Shown here piece by piece: positions 50,002 through 59,423 of a stretch of 64,000 nucleotides of DNA (position 1 is its first letter; each line of letters begins with the position of its first letter). The DNA comes from Alphaproteobacteria bacterium (lineage in GTDB: Bacteria > Pseudomonadota > Alphaproteobacteria > CAAHEQ01 > UBA3637). The notes under the pieces were generated by a model that saw nothing but the letters and a program-made list of their open reading frames with translations, searched no databases and had not been told where the DNA came from. The position numbers and the translations under genes were made by a program. The stretch lies in contig JAZUBA010000050.1 of NCBI GenBank assembly GCA_045638265.1, forward strand, positions 41,983 to 105,982, given 5' to 3'.

Positions 50002-51366
50002 TTATTTGACATTATAACCAAACCATTTGTTTTTGACATCTTCATAATAGGCTTTTGGATTATACATCGGCACATCCAAATTCAAATCTTTCGGATTCAA
50101 CTGACCAACAGCTGACAACAAGGCATAAGCCGATACAATTTCATCCCGATGAACACGAACCAATGAAACTTGGTTATCCAAATGTTCCTGTTCGGCATCT
50201 AACACATCTAAAACCGTCCGAGAACCGACTCGTGCTTCACGAATCACCCCTTCCAATGCAATTTTAGAGGCTTTAATTTGAAATTGAATAGAATCAATCT
50301 GTGCTTTGTTAGCCGTATAATTTTCCCATGCGCTGATTGTTTGAGCCCGTACATCCTGTTTGATTTTAGCTAATAAAATCCGATATTGATTAGCCGTTTG
50401 TTTGGCTGCCCGAATATCGGCATATTCTGCACCTGATTGGTATAACGGCACACGAACGTTTGCCTTTACATCCCATGATTCAACCCGTTTAAATGAAGAT
50501 ACTTCATGTTGTTTACCGGCAGAAGCGGTTAAGTCTACTTGTGGAGCCAATACGCCCTTCTTGGCACTCAAACCATACTCTGCCGATTCTAATGCATATT
50601 CTGCCGCTTTAATCATCGGGTTAGACGTCATTGCCAAATTAATGGCTTCCTCCAATGTTTTAGGCAAACGAATCGCTTTATCATTGACATCATCCATTTG
50701 ATTGGACGGTTGCAAGCCGACAACACTGAAATAATTGGCATTGGAAACTTCCAAAGATCCTTCTGCTGCAATTCGATTCGCTGTTGCACCAGCCAAACGA
50801 GCTTCTGATTGAGCAACGTCCGTACGGGTTAATTCACCGGCTTTAAAGCGTTTTTGATAAGAATCTAAATGCTTACCCAATACTTTTTCATTGCTGATTT
50901 GCAAATCTAACACCGCTTTATCCCGAATCACATCCATATAGACGGCAACGGCATCCAACAAGGTTGACTGCTCGGTATTATATAAATCAGAACGAGCAGA
51001 TTTGACTTGACTTTTAGCAGATTTGACGGAGTTATATGTTGACAAACCTGAAAAAACGGGTTGAACCAAATTAATGCTGATTCCATCCGGATTTTGATAT
51101 TGATTTAAGGTTGTACCGCCAAATTGACGTTCATAGGCACTTTTGGAATGCGAGCGTCCGATACTGCCCTGCCCGATAATTGAGGGACGATAACCCGATT
51201 TTGCCTTGGCAACCGATTCGTCAATTGCTTTCAATCCGGTCCGTTGAGCGTTAACAGTTAAACTGTTTTCATAAGTATAGGACAAAACGTTGGATAAATT
51301 ATCTGCCAACGCCATGGTTGAAACAGTTGTCAAAATAAAGGCTAACCCTGTGATTTTCTTAAACAT
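50002..51366 (-). CDS. tolC: TolC-family outer membrane efflux protein
   Basis: Signal peptide, two-repeat OEP architecture. Confidence 0.75.
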   Translation of the reverse strand: MFKKITGLAFILTTVSTMALADNLSNVLSYTYENSLTVNAQRTGLKAIDESVAKAKSGYRPSIIGQGSIGRSHSKSAYERQFGGTTLNQYQNPDGISINLVQPVFSGLSTYNSVKSAKSQVKSARSDLYNTEQSTLLDAVAVYMDVIRDKAVLDLQISNEKVLGKHLDSYQKRFKAGELTRTDVAQSEARLAGATANRIAAEGSLEVSNANYFSVVGLQPSNQMDDVNDKAIRLPKTLEEAINLAMTSNPMIKAAEYALESAEYGLSAKKGVLAPQVDLTASAGKQHEVSSFKRVESWDVKANVRVPLYQSGAEYADIRAAKQTANQYRILLAKIKQDVRAQTISAWENYTANKAQIDSIQFQIKASKIALEGVIREARVGSRTVLDVLDAEQEHLDNQVSLVRVHRDEIVSAYALLSAVGQLNPKDLNLDVPMYNPKAYYEDVKNKWFGYNVK

Positions 51367-51487
51367 ATTACTCCTCTTTCATTTAATTTGATAATTGAGA
51401 ATATAACATTTTGAAAAAAAATTCAAGATTTTTATTTTTTTTCTTGACATATTTTATAAAATCAGATAAAAGAAGTTTATTCACAAA

Positions 51488-51562
51488 GGCCGGTTGGCAG
51501 AATGGCTTATGCAGAGGACTGCAAATCCTTTTATACTGGTTCGATTCCGGTACCGGCCTCCA
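51488..51562 (+). tRNA. tRNA-Cys (GCA)
   Basis: GGCCGGTTGGCAGAATGGCTTATGCAGAGGACTGCAAATCCTTTTATACTGGTTCGATTCCGGTACCGGCCTCCA. Confidence 0.85.
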
Positions 51563-51580
51563 AGAATAAACAAATCGTGT

Positions 51581-51655
51581 TCCAGCGTAGCTCAGTGGTA
51601 GAGCAATCGGCTGTTAACCGATCGGTCGTAGGTTCGAGCCCTACCGCTGGAGCCA
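51581..51655 (+). tRNA. tRNA-Asn (GTT)
   Basis: TCCAGCGTAGCTCAGTGGTAGAGCAATCGGCTGTTAACCGATCGGTCGTAGGTTCGAGCCCTACCGCTGGAGCCA. Confidence 0.85.
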
Positions 51656-51659
51656 TTTA

Positions 51660-51690
51660 AAAGCGTTCATTCAATGAACGCTTTTTTTGT
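51660..51690 (+). terminator. Rho-independent terminator after tRNA-Asn
   Basis: aaagcgttcattcaatgaacgcttttttt. Confidence 0.7.
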
Positions 51691-51711
51691 TGCCTTATTT
51701 TTCCTTAATTT

Positions 51712-51890
51712 TATCTTCCCGTCACACTTGTACGTCACTTTACCCGATATAGACATTTAGACACATCTATATTTTAAGATTTTAATACCACTTTTCCCGA
51801 ATGGATTTTTAAGATTTCAATGACTTCTACCCGATTAGATTTTTGGAATGATTGAACATGAATCATTTTTTTGACCGATTGCCCTTTATA
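51712..51890. repeat. ~175-bp repeat immediately 3' of tRNA-Asn (copy 2; inverted copy of 7858-8032)
   Basis: See copy 1; same orientation relative to the adjacent tRNA 3' end in both cases. Confidence 0.7.
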
Positions 51891-52054
51891 GACTTTTAAG
51901 ACTTCAGACATCATAAAACTTGATATCTTATCACCTTGGTTTTCAAAAATTATCATTGACAGACAAGATAACCAACAGGAGAATATGAACAACATCTTAA
52001 ATATATAGAGAATTTTATGAAAATTTATTGTCGTTAATTATTTTGAACTTAAAA

Positions 52055-52095
52055 ATAATACCCTTGTATTCACAGAGGGTATCATTTTATTATAT
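52055..52095. terminator. Bidirectional hairpin terminator downstream of gene C
   Basis: aaaataatacccttgtattcacagagggtatcatttt. Confidence 0.6.
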
Positions 52096-52152
52096 CACTG
52101 AACAATTTGAACACTTTAAAATTTTTCCAATTTAATAAGTGTATTTATACTG

Positions 52153-53313
52153 TTATTCACACACAGCTAATCCCAATGGACTGGTTTTATGATTGCGATA
52201 AACATATCCTGCATAATTCGCTCCAAGATCTAATACAAACGAATAACTACCATCAGAATTAGATACCCATATAGCATTTGAATCATTATCAAAACGTAAT
52301 CTTAAATCTGCTAATGTAGTAGATGTATCACATACTGCTGGTTCTGCTGCGCCTCCATCTAAACAATCAGACAAATGACATTGTGTTTTTTTTGCAGGAA
52401 GTTTAATTGCAACATCGTTAAAACTAGGAAGTTTTTTTCCAAGTGCATGACAAAAGTTCATAGCCGTGTACCAATCTGTACCTCTACCAGGCCTTGAATC
52501 TGTTTGTAATTTTCCTAAAACTTGTTGATCCGATGTCATTGCTTGACACTTTGCTGTACTATAATAGCAATAGTAACCGCTCTTGACACCACCACAATCT
52601 TTGTTTCCTGAATAATTATTTACATTGCAAGATTTACCATCCAATCTTTCAACACATTCACCATTTAAACACATGCCATTATCTTCGCCACCTTTATAAT
52701 TACATGTTTTAAATTCATAAGACGTTATATCACCTGTATCCGGATCACAACATTGCTCATTATGTCTTAAACAACAATTAGATTCTACACAACGATTTGT
52801 ACCCGAACACCATTTGTATGGTGTTTGATTACAACTTTCCTCTGTTTTATAGTCACTAGCGACATGTACTGTAGATAAATCATTATTAAAAGATAAAACA
52901 ACGGTTGTATTATCTTCACAAACAAGTGGCTCAAATCCCTTAACAATATCGCTTATCATATTTTGTAAGGCTTGACATACTTCTTTACTTACAGAGCCTA
53001 CTTTTAAGGAAAACTTTTTATCAATCTTTGTCCACTGGGCATCACCATACTCGTCATAAACAGTATTATCAAAAACAGAATCCCCAATTAAACGTTCAAA
53101 TTCACTTAACGATGGTTGGTTTTCGGACATAATTTGACTAGAAACAATATGTGCCCGTTGATTTAATTCTTCTAATATTTTATTTGCTTTATACTTATTC
53201 CAAGATAAAGTATAACCGGCAATTCCACCAAATGATAAAACGCCGATAATGGCTAAAACGCCTAATATTTCAACCATTGAACGACCAGCTTCATTTTGTA
53301 CTTTATTCATCAT
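52153..53313 (-). CDS. Family member C (divergent): TadE/prepilin-like N-terminus plus cysteine-rich domain with lectin-like module
   Basis: EAGRSMVEILGVLAIIGVLSFGGIAGY; WYTAMNFCHALGKKLPSF; start at MMNKVQ (RBS aaagggag). Confidence 0.75.
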   Translation of the reverse strand: MMNKVQNEAGRSMVEILGVLAIIGVLSFGGIAGYTLSWNKYKANKILEELNQRAHIVSSQIMSENQPSLSEFERLIGDSVFDNTVYDEYGDAQWTKIDKKFSLKVGSVSKEVCQALQNMISDIVKGFEPLVCEDNTTVVLSFNNDLSTVHVASDYKTEESCNQTPYKWCSGTNRCVESNCCLRHNEQCCDPDTGDITSYEFKTCNYKGGEDNGMCLNGECVERLDGKSCNVNNYSGNKDCGGVKSGYYCYYSTAKCQAMTSDQQVLGKLQTDSRPGRGTDWYTAMNFCHALGKKLPSFNDVAIKLPAKKTQCHLSDCLDGGAAEPAVCDTSTTLADLRLRFDNDSNAIWVSNSDGSYSFVLDLGANYAGYVYRNHKTSPLGLAVCE

Positions 53314-53373
53314 AATCTCCCTTTTTTTGTTAAAATTGTTCAATAAAATCAATTAATCTTGATTGTAACAAAA

Positions 53374-53511
53374 GGGTCGTTTATTTGCAACACTTTTTTT
53401 TATATTTTTGCAAATTTTTTTGATTTTGGCTTATTGGCGGATTATTGCGGGCTGGTGAGAAATGGTGGAATAAGGCGGTTTAGGTGCGAAATCGTTGCAA
53501 ATAAACGACCC
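53374..53511. repeat. IR-bounded element C upstream of gene C, internal segment inverted relative to A and D
   Basis: Perfect 18-bp IRs gggtcgtttatttgcaac / gttgcaaataaacgaccc; gcgaaatc lies at the gene-distal arm, whereas in A it is at the gene-proximal arm; flanking leader ttttgttacaat in the same orientation as A. Confidence 0.7.
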
Positions 53512-53806
53512 TTTATTTGCCTTCTTGTTTCATTGAAAAATAACAATTTTTTTATAGATATATGATTTATATCCCTCAACAACTCATATACCTTATCCGG
53601 CGATGCACATTCATATGCTATACCTATTTCATTCGTTATATCTTTACAAAAAATCAATACAACTGCTTCCATTGTTCTATCAGTATTTTTAATATACTAA
53701 ATAAAAAGATTAATAAAATCAAATAGAAATAAAATAAATCAAAAAAACCAAAAAAAATGCTTGCAATTTTTTTTGAAAGACTGTATAAATCATTCTGTTC
53801 TTTGAT

Positions 53807-53883
53807 GGATGTGTAGCTCAGGTGGTTAGAGTATTACGTTGACATCGTAAGGGTCGCAAGTTCGAGTCTTGCCACATCCACCA
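53807..53883 (+). tRNA. tRNA-Val (GAC)
   Basis: GGATGTGTAGCTCAGGTGGTTAGAGTATTACGTTGACATCGTAAGGGTCGCAAGTTCGAGTCTTGCCACATCCACCA. Confidence 0.85.
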
Positions 53884-53896
53884 TCTTTTGAAATAA

Positions 53897-53927
53897 TAGT
53901 TGGTTTTCGGTTTTCCGAAAACTTTTT
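53897..53927 (+). terminator. Rho-independent terminator after tRNA-Val
   Basis: ggttttcggttttccgaaaactttttttt. Confidence 0.7.
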
Positions 53928-54010
53928 TTTATACCTAAATAATCATTTTTTTATAATAAAAAATATACGCCCCAAAAGATGAGGCGTATTTATTTGCATA
54001 TTTTATAAAT

Positions 54011-55102
54011 CTATCGGGAATGAGAGTTAGTCAACCGCCGTTTTACCGAACGTTTTTTATTCCAACGAATTTCGCGTTCTTCCGCATTAGACAAGGTGTG
54101 TGGTAAGAAACGTAAACGAGCAACCGCTATTTTTAAAGACTTTTCCAGCTGTTTTAACATAAATAACCGATATGGCCTGTCATTTCCTTTAACAGAGTAA
54201 GTTTCCAATGTTTTGATATATTGTGCTCTGTCTTTCGGATCAATAATAATCGGCGGTAAATTATTTTGGATTAAAATGGTATTCATCAATAACCGTGATG
54301 CCCGACCGTTACCATCTGTAAACGGATGAATTCCGGCCATATCAAAGTGGAACTTTAATGCCCGTTCAATCGGATTGGATATTTTATTAACATTTTTGAC
54401 CATATCTGCCATTAATTCAGGCACTTTCATATAGTTGGGTAAAACAGTTTGTGTATCAGGAAAACGAACTTTAATTTGACGATAAACACCGGCACGTTCC
54501 GGTTCAGTTGCCAAAACAAAACGATGCAAATTTTTAATATCATCTTCCGTAATTGGTGCTTTATTGTCAGCAAAAGCCAATGTTAAAGCGTGTTCAAACG
54601 CTTTTGAGGTTGCATTCCGTTCAGCATTAAAAATTTTACGAATCTGGTCTTTTTCGGCCTCTGTTGTCGCCCGTTTTAACTTCATATTCATTTCCAAACT
54701 ATTGTAAGAATGAATAATTTCGTCACACATATATCTCCAAAACTGCCCTTGCTCAAAACAACAGTTCAACAATTCGTTATATATTGATTTTTTACGGGAA
54801 ATCCGTTTTTTTATTAATGCAATTTCAGGCGTATCCGTCATTAATTTCGGACTTGTTTTTTTCTTTTTGATTTGTGTCGCCGTAGCTGGAGTTTGTACAT
54901 TGAAAGATATATTTTTAAGTGCTGATTTTTGAGAAACAACCGATGTTTTATGTTTCATTAATTCAGCTTTAACATCCGGCATACTTAATAAAAGAGATCG
55001 CTTTTCTTCGGCAGGCAATGTTGTAAATTTGTCATATTTATCTGCAATATCAATACTGCTATCATTAAAAAAGGAAACTAATTCGCTATTTAATTCAGTC
55101 AT
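54011..55102 (-). CDS. Fic/Doc-family protein (canonical HPFTDGNGRASR motif) with N-terminal extension
   Basis: HPFTDGNGRASRLLMNTIL. Confidence 0.8.
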   Translation of the reverse strand: MTELNSELVSFFNDSSIDIADKYDKFTTLPAEEKRSLLLSMPDVKAELMKHKTSVVSQKSALKNISFNVQTPATATQIKKKKTSPKLMTDTPEIALIKKRISRKKSIYNELLNCCFEQGQFWRYMCDEIIHSYNSLEMNMKLKRATTEAEKDQIRKIFNAERNATSKAFEHALTLAFADNKAPITEDDIKNLHRFVLATEPERAGVYRQIKVRFPDTQTVLPNYMKVPELMADMVKNVNKISNPIERALKFHFDMAGIHPFTDGNGRASRLLMNTILIQNNLPPIIIDPKDRAQYIKTLETYSVKGNDRPYRLFMLKQLEKSLKIAVARLRFLPHTLSNAEEREIRWNKKRSVKRRLTNSHSR

Positions 55103-55242
55103 TTATAAAACCCTTAATCTTTGTTATCATTTTTGGCAACTATTTGTAATAATTATTATAACAGAATTTTTATAAAAATCAAGAAAAATCATCTTGAAAA
55201 CCAAAAAAACAAACCTTATGTCTAGAAAAAGGAGTAAAAAAA

Positions 55243-56046
55243 ATGAATGAATACAATGTTATATGCATAAAATGGGGTTCGGTCTATCAAGCAAGCGACG
55301 TAAATAAGCTTTATTCAATGATTAAAAACAATACATCTTATCAGATTCATTTTTATTGCTTTACAGATGACACATCAGGGTTAGATTCGCAAATTATCAC
55401 CAAACCGTTGCCACAATTTCAAAATATCAAACAAGGCGAGGAAGAATGGACAACAAAATACGCTTATAAAAAAGAAGCAGCATTATGTGATGATAATCTG
55501 GGCGGATTAACGGGTCAAAGAGTGTTCTTTTTTGATTTAGATTCGCTGATTGTCGGGAATTTAGATGAATTTTTTGAATATCCGCAAGGAGATAAATTTT
55601 ATATCATCAACGATTGGAATACAAAGGGCGATTCGGTCGGACAGGCAAGTTGTTATTCGTTTGTGGTTGGCACTTTGGGATATATTAAAACATATTTTGA
55701 ACAACATCCAAAAGAAATTGTGGAAAAATTCTATACGGCTTCACAGGAATATTTGTCTCACAAGGTTATTGAAAAAGAAGGGAAACTCAATTTTTGGCCG
55801 GATAATTGGTTTAAAAGTTTTCGTTTCCATTGTTTGCCAAAGTGGTATTTACGCTCTTTTGTAGCACCGCAACTCCCCCAAATTAAAGGTTTAAAAATGA
55901 TTGCTTTTCATGGGCTACCGGATATTAACGATGCTATTTTAGGAATATGGTGTTCAGATAAAAGCAATGGAAAATATCCACGAGGAATAAAAAAATTATA
56001 CAAGCATTTATTACCCTGCCCATGGATTAATGATTATTGGAAATAA
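55243..56046 (+). CDS. DxD-motif glycosyltransferase-like protein (effector-like)
   Basis: QRVFFFDLDSLIVGNLDEFF DxD region; no signal peptide. Confidence 0.4.
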   Translation: MNEYNVICIKWGSVYQASDVNKLYSMIKNNTSYQIHFYCFTDDTSGLDSQIITKPLPQFQNIKQGEEEWTTKYAYKKEAALCDDNLGGLTGQRVFFFDLDSLIVGNLDEFFEYPQGDKFYIINDWNTKGDSVGQASCYSFVVGTLGYIKTYFEQHPKEIVEKFYTASQEYLSHKVIEKEGKLNFWPDNWFKSFRFHCLPKWYLRSFVAPQLPQIKGLKMIAFHGLPDINDAILGIWCSDKSNGKYPRGIKKLYKHLLPCPWINDYWK

Positions 56047-56168
56047 AGAGATAAAAAAAATCCTCTCAAAGGTGAACTATTTGATTTATATCAGATAATT
56101 CGTTTCAGAGAGGATTTTATCAACAAGGAGTACAAAAATAAAAGCTCCGACAAGGAGCTGATAACAAG

Positions 56169-56246
56169 TGGGGCGGAAGATCGGACTCGAACCGACGACA
56201 TCTGGTACCACAAACCAGCGCTCTAACCAACTGAGCTACATCCGCC
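56169..56246 (-). tRNA. tRNA-His (GTG) with encoded G-1
   Basis: Minus-strand read GGCGGATGTAGCTCAGTTGGTTAGAGCGCTGGTTTGTGGTACCAGATGTCGTCGGTTCGAGTCCGATCTTCCGCCCCA. Confidence 0.8.
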
Positions 56247-56522
56247 AACGCAGAAACACTTTTAACAGATATTTTTTATATTGTCAAGCAAAAAAAATGA
56301 AAATTATTACTTTTTTTATTTTTAAACATAAAAAGCAATCGTTTAAAGGTTACAAAGGTATGAAGATTGTGTAAAACATAAGGCGATATATCAGACAAAC
56401 ATCAACTTGGGCTGTATATATGGTGGGATACTGCTGTACGTTAGAGATAAATTTATAGTATATATAAATCATATATCTATAAAAAAATTGTTATTTTTCA
56501 ATGAAACAAGAAGGCATATTAA

Positions 56523-56668
56523 GGTACGTTAAATTGCAACAACTTTTTTCACTTTTTTGCATTTTTTTTTGTTTTTTTCGATTTTTAATGGTTGGCGAAT
56601 TTGTCATAGTTCCCTTGATTTTGGGTGTTTTGGCACTTATATGCGAAATCGTTGCACATAAAGGTACC
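56523..56668. repeat. IR-bounded element D upstream of gene D (same relative orientation as A)
   Basis: ggtacgttaaattgcaac ... gcgaaatcgttgcacataaaggtacc; internal TTGATT-N16/17-T(T)ATAT(G) (56615-56643) reads toward gene D; leader ttacaatgg...ttattttcaa homologous to A. Confidence 0.65.
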
Positions 56669-56718
56669 TTTAATTACAATGGGGATAGTGTTATTTTCAA
56701 TAAAAGGGGACTAAAATA

Positions 56719-58350
56719 ATGAAAAATTCAAAAAACTTATGCTATAATCAACTCAAAATACAACAATTTGGTTCAAAAACAGTTCAATATCCGCTTTCAA
56801 ATGCCTGTTTTACTCGTCAAAATCGCTTAAAAACCGTATATCATTCTGCGTACGCAAATGAACACGGTCGATCAATGGTGGAAATGCTGGGTGTTTTAGC
56901 TGTTGTTGGTGTGCTTTCAATCGGTGGAATTCAAGGTTATACGTATGCCATGAATAAATATCGGACGAATCAGATTCTCAATGAACTTAATATTGCCTCA
57001 CATCAGTTGGCAACCGTATTGTTAAGAAATGAAAATGAAGAATTAGAGTTATCATTAGGTGAGCCATACGACAGCGGACGAATTGCATCAGCAGATTATG
57101 CGTTTAATTACGGATGTGGTAATGGATTGGCAGAAGAAGATTGTAGTATAGATGAAACAGGCTATTGGTTTGCACTAAATGGTGTACCTGAAACAATTTG
57201 TAAAAATATGATGACAATGGTAGACGGTATGCCTTATTTAGCTGAAAAAGAATTAAATGGGACGATTGTGGCAGATGGTACGGCTTGTGCTGATGAAAAT
57301 AACGAAATTACGTTTTTATTTAATTCGGATGGCTCGGGTGAGCTTTCAGAAAACACAGGCAATAATGACGGAACAAGCGGTGAAGAAAATGGTGGAAATG
57401 GTAAAAATGGAGATGATGAAACAGAAGAAACACCACCTGTTGACTGTGGTTCACATGGAACGTGGAATAAAAACTTGAACAAATGTGTTTGTCAAAGTGG
57501 TTGGGGCGGTAACACATGTGAAAAATCCATTGATGAAACATGTTCTGAAAATGGCTACTGGATGTCATCACGAGGATTATGTGTTTGCAAAGAGGGATTC
57601 GGTGGTTTAAATTGTGATCAAGATCCTCGTGAAGTTTGTAACAATAGAGGTACATGGGATGGCTGTGGCGGTGGTTGTTTATGTGAAAGCGGTTATGGTG
57701 GAACATACTGTCAAAACGAAATAAATGATAAATATTGTAATAATGGCGTATGGGTGAATAATACTTGGGGTACCGATGGTTATTGTAAATGTAATACAGG
57801 ATTTGGTGGTCAAAATTGCTCTATGACTCAAGAAGAAGCAAATGCACAATATTGTAATGATGGCGGTGGTATTTGGAAGAGTTCAATGGATGGTGGATTT
57901 TGCAAATGTACTAATGGTTTAGGAGGTAGGTATTGCACTGAAGAAGTTGATAAAACGTGCAGTGGAAAAGGAACATGGAAAGAGGCAACAGATACAAGAG
58001 AAGCACATTGTGATTGTTATATGAATAAAGGTTATGGTCCAGATTGTTCCTTAACGTACGCTGAAATGGAAAAAGGCGATACTTGTAGTAATAACGGTCG
58101 TTGGTATAACGGTCGTTGTGAGTGCGACGATGGATATACTGGCGATGATTGTTCCATAACATGTCAACATAGAATTGAATTTTCTGGAATTGATGGTTAT
58201 TGTACCTGTGATGCTGGTTGGGCTGGCGAAGGTTGTGATGTTTTAGAAAAAAACTATTGTATAAATGGGGTTTGGAATACGCAAGCCAAACATTGTCTTT
58301 GTGAAAACGGATGGATAGGTGAAAGTTGCGATATACCAGCTAACAACTAA
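56719..58350 (+). CDS. Family member D: TadE/prepilin-like N-terminus plus conserved N-domain plus eight EGF-like repeats
   Basis: EHGRSMVEMLGVLAVVGVLSIGGIQGYTYAMNKY; repeated CxCxxG[WFY]xGxxC units (CVCQSGWGGNTC, CVCKEGFGGLNC, CLCESGYGGTYC, CKCNTGFGGQNC, CKCTNGLGGRYC, CECDDGYTGDDC, CTCDAGWAGEGC, CLCENGWIGESC). Confidence 0.8.
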   Translation: MKNSKNLCYNQLKIQQFGSKTVQYPLSNACFTRQNRLKTVYHSAYANEHGRSMVEMLGVLAVVGVLSIGGIQGYTYAMNKYRTNQILNELNIASHQLATVLLRNENEELELSLGEPYDSGRIASADYAFNYGCGNGLAEEDCSIDETGYWFALNGVPETICKNMMTMVDGMPYLAEKELNGTIVADGTACADENNEITFLFNSDGSGELSENTGNNDGTSGEENGGNGKNGDDETEETPPVDCGSHGTWNKNLNKCVCQSGWGGNTCEKSIDETCSENGYWMSSRGLCVCKEGFGGLNCDQDPREVCNNRGTWDGCGGGCLCESGYGGTYCQNEINDKYCNNGVWVNNTWGTDGYCKCNTGFGGQNCSMTQEEANAQYCNDGGGIWKSSMDGGFCKCTNGLGGRYCTEEVDKTCSGKGTWKEATDTREAHCDCYMNKGYGPDCSLTYAEMEKGDTCSNNGRWYNGRCECDDGYTGDDCSITCQHRIEFSGIDGYCTCDAGWAGEGCDVLEKNYCINGVWNTQAKHCLCENGWIGESCDIPANN

Positions 58351-58475
58351 TCATTATACCCTACTCTTACACTCACAGAAAATCAATCATTATGAGTTGA
58401 TATGTCTTAAAAATGCCACGTTCAACGGTTGATATATTTCTCATTGCTTTATTTAAAACTAAAAAATTGATTTTC

Positions 58476-58540
58476 GCGGTATGAATAAAAACGTAAAGAC
58501 ACACCACAGCGTGTAGTTTTCTCTACACAATGCAGTGTGT
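58476..58540. other. Imperfect palindrome/hairpin between gene D and the lysis cassette
   Basis: aaagacacaccacagcgtgtag...ctacacaatgcagtgtgtcttt. Confidence 0.4.
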
Positions 58541-58570
58541 CTTTGGTGTCATATATCATATAAATTCAAT

Positions 58571-58692
58571 TTAATTCTCTAAAAAAGGAATTTCTAACCC
58601 AAAAGCAGCTAGTATTCCGCCAATTAATATTGTAACCAACGGTTTTTTATTTGCTCTGATGTATGTTATAAATCGTCCAAACATTGTCATTT
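58571..58692 (-). CDS. Small membrane protein translationally coupled to endolysin (spanin/lysis-accessory candidate)
   Basis: ATGA overlap with endolysin stop; GGAGGTG RBS; MTMFGRFITYIRANKKPLVTILIGGILAAFGLEIPFLEN with one TM. Confidence 0.4.
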
Positions 58693-59118
58693 CACCTCCT
58701 TTCCTTTTCGCATAAGTGTTGATAAAACGGTTGCACGTCGCCCAACCTGCTCTGCCCATCGGCTATTAAGCATTTCTTCCGATGCACCACCATAATCACG
58801 AATCATTAACGCTTTTATCATACGTTTAAACCCTAAAAATCCGTTTATTCCTAAATTAAACACCATCTCAATCACAACGCCTTGACGGATAAGATTGAGC
58901 GTTTCAAACCAAGAAAACGTATCTCGGCATAAGTTTTCGCAAGATTTTAAATCGTTTTCCAACAGATAAAATGCTTCATTTTGCGATAATCCAACATCGT
59001 CCAAATTGCGTCCGATACCAATTGTCAATTTACCTGCCGAACAACGATAAGGTTTTAAATGCAATCCTTCGTGTTTAAGGATGCGATTTTTAAGCGTAGA
59101 TGTAACAGCTGATTTCAT
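58687..59118 (-). CDS. Phage-type lysozyme (T4 lysozyme/GH24-like endolysin)
   Basis: ILKHEGLHLKPYRCSAGKLTIGIGRNL matches the T4 lysozyme catalytic region (EG...TIGIG). Confidence 0.75.
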   Translation of the reverse strand: MKSAVTSTLKNRILKHEGLHLKPYRCSAGKLTIGIGRNLDDVGLSQNEAFYLLENDLKSCENLCRDTFSWFETLNLIRQGVVIEMVFNLGINGFLGFKRMIKALMIRDYGGASEEMLNSRWAEQVGRRATVLSTLMRKGKEVK

Positions 59119-59342
59119 TGTTTTTTAATCTCCTGAATAATAAGTGTTTTTAATTCGTCTATTTTAGATTCAACCCGCACAATATCCGAACGCATAGCGT
59201 ATTGACCGGCATCTTGAGCAACCCGTAATTCAAAGAGAGAAACATCTTTTTTCACCTCATTGATTTGTCCCAACAGATACAGAACAATCGGGATAAGAAT
59301 ACCGGTTACCGTTTTGTGCAGGTGTTCATGAAATTTTTCCAT
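59115..59342 (-). CDS. Holin-like small membrane protein
   Basis: 75 aa, one TM (GILIPIVLYLLGQI), charged C-term, overlaps endolysin start. Confidence 0.5.
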   Translation of the reverse strand: MEKFHEHLHKTVTGILIPIVLYLLGQINEVKKDVSLFELRVAQDAGQYAMRSDIVRVESKIDELKTLIIQEIKKQ

Positions 59343-59423
59343 TGTCTATACCTCTTGTAACGATAATGATGTATAAAAAAAAGCCGTTAAAAACTTAACG
59401 GCTTAAAGTAATAATATTGTTTT

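Noticed and set aside
51774-51995. 73-aa minus-strand ORF between tRNA-Asn and gene C
   Set aside because: It lies within the ~175-bp tRNA-associated repeat, and the same region at the tRNA-Thr copy has no conserved ORF. It is probably noncoding.
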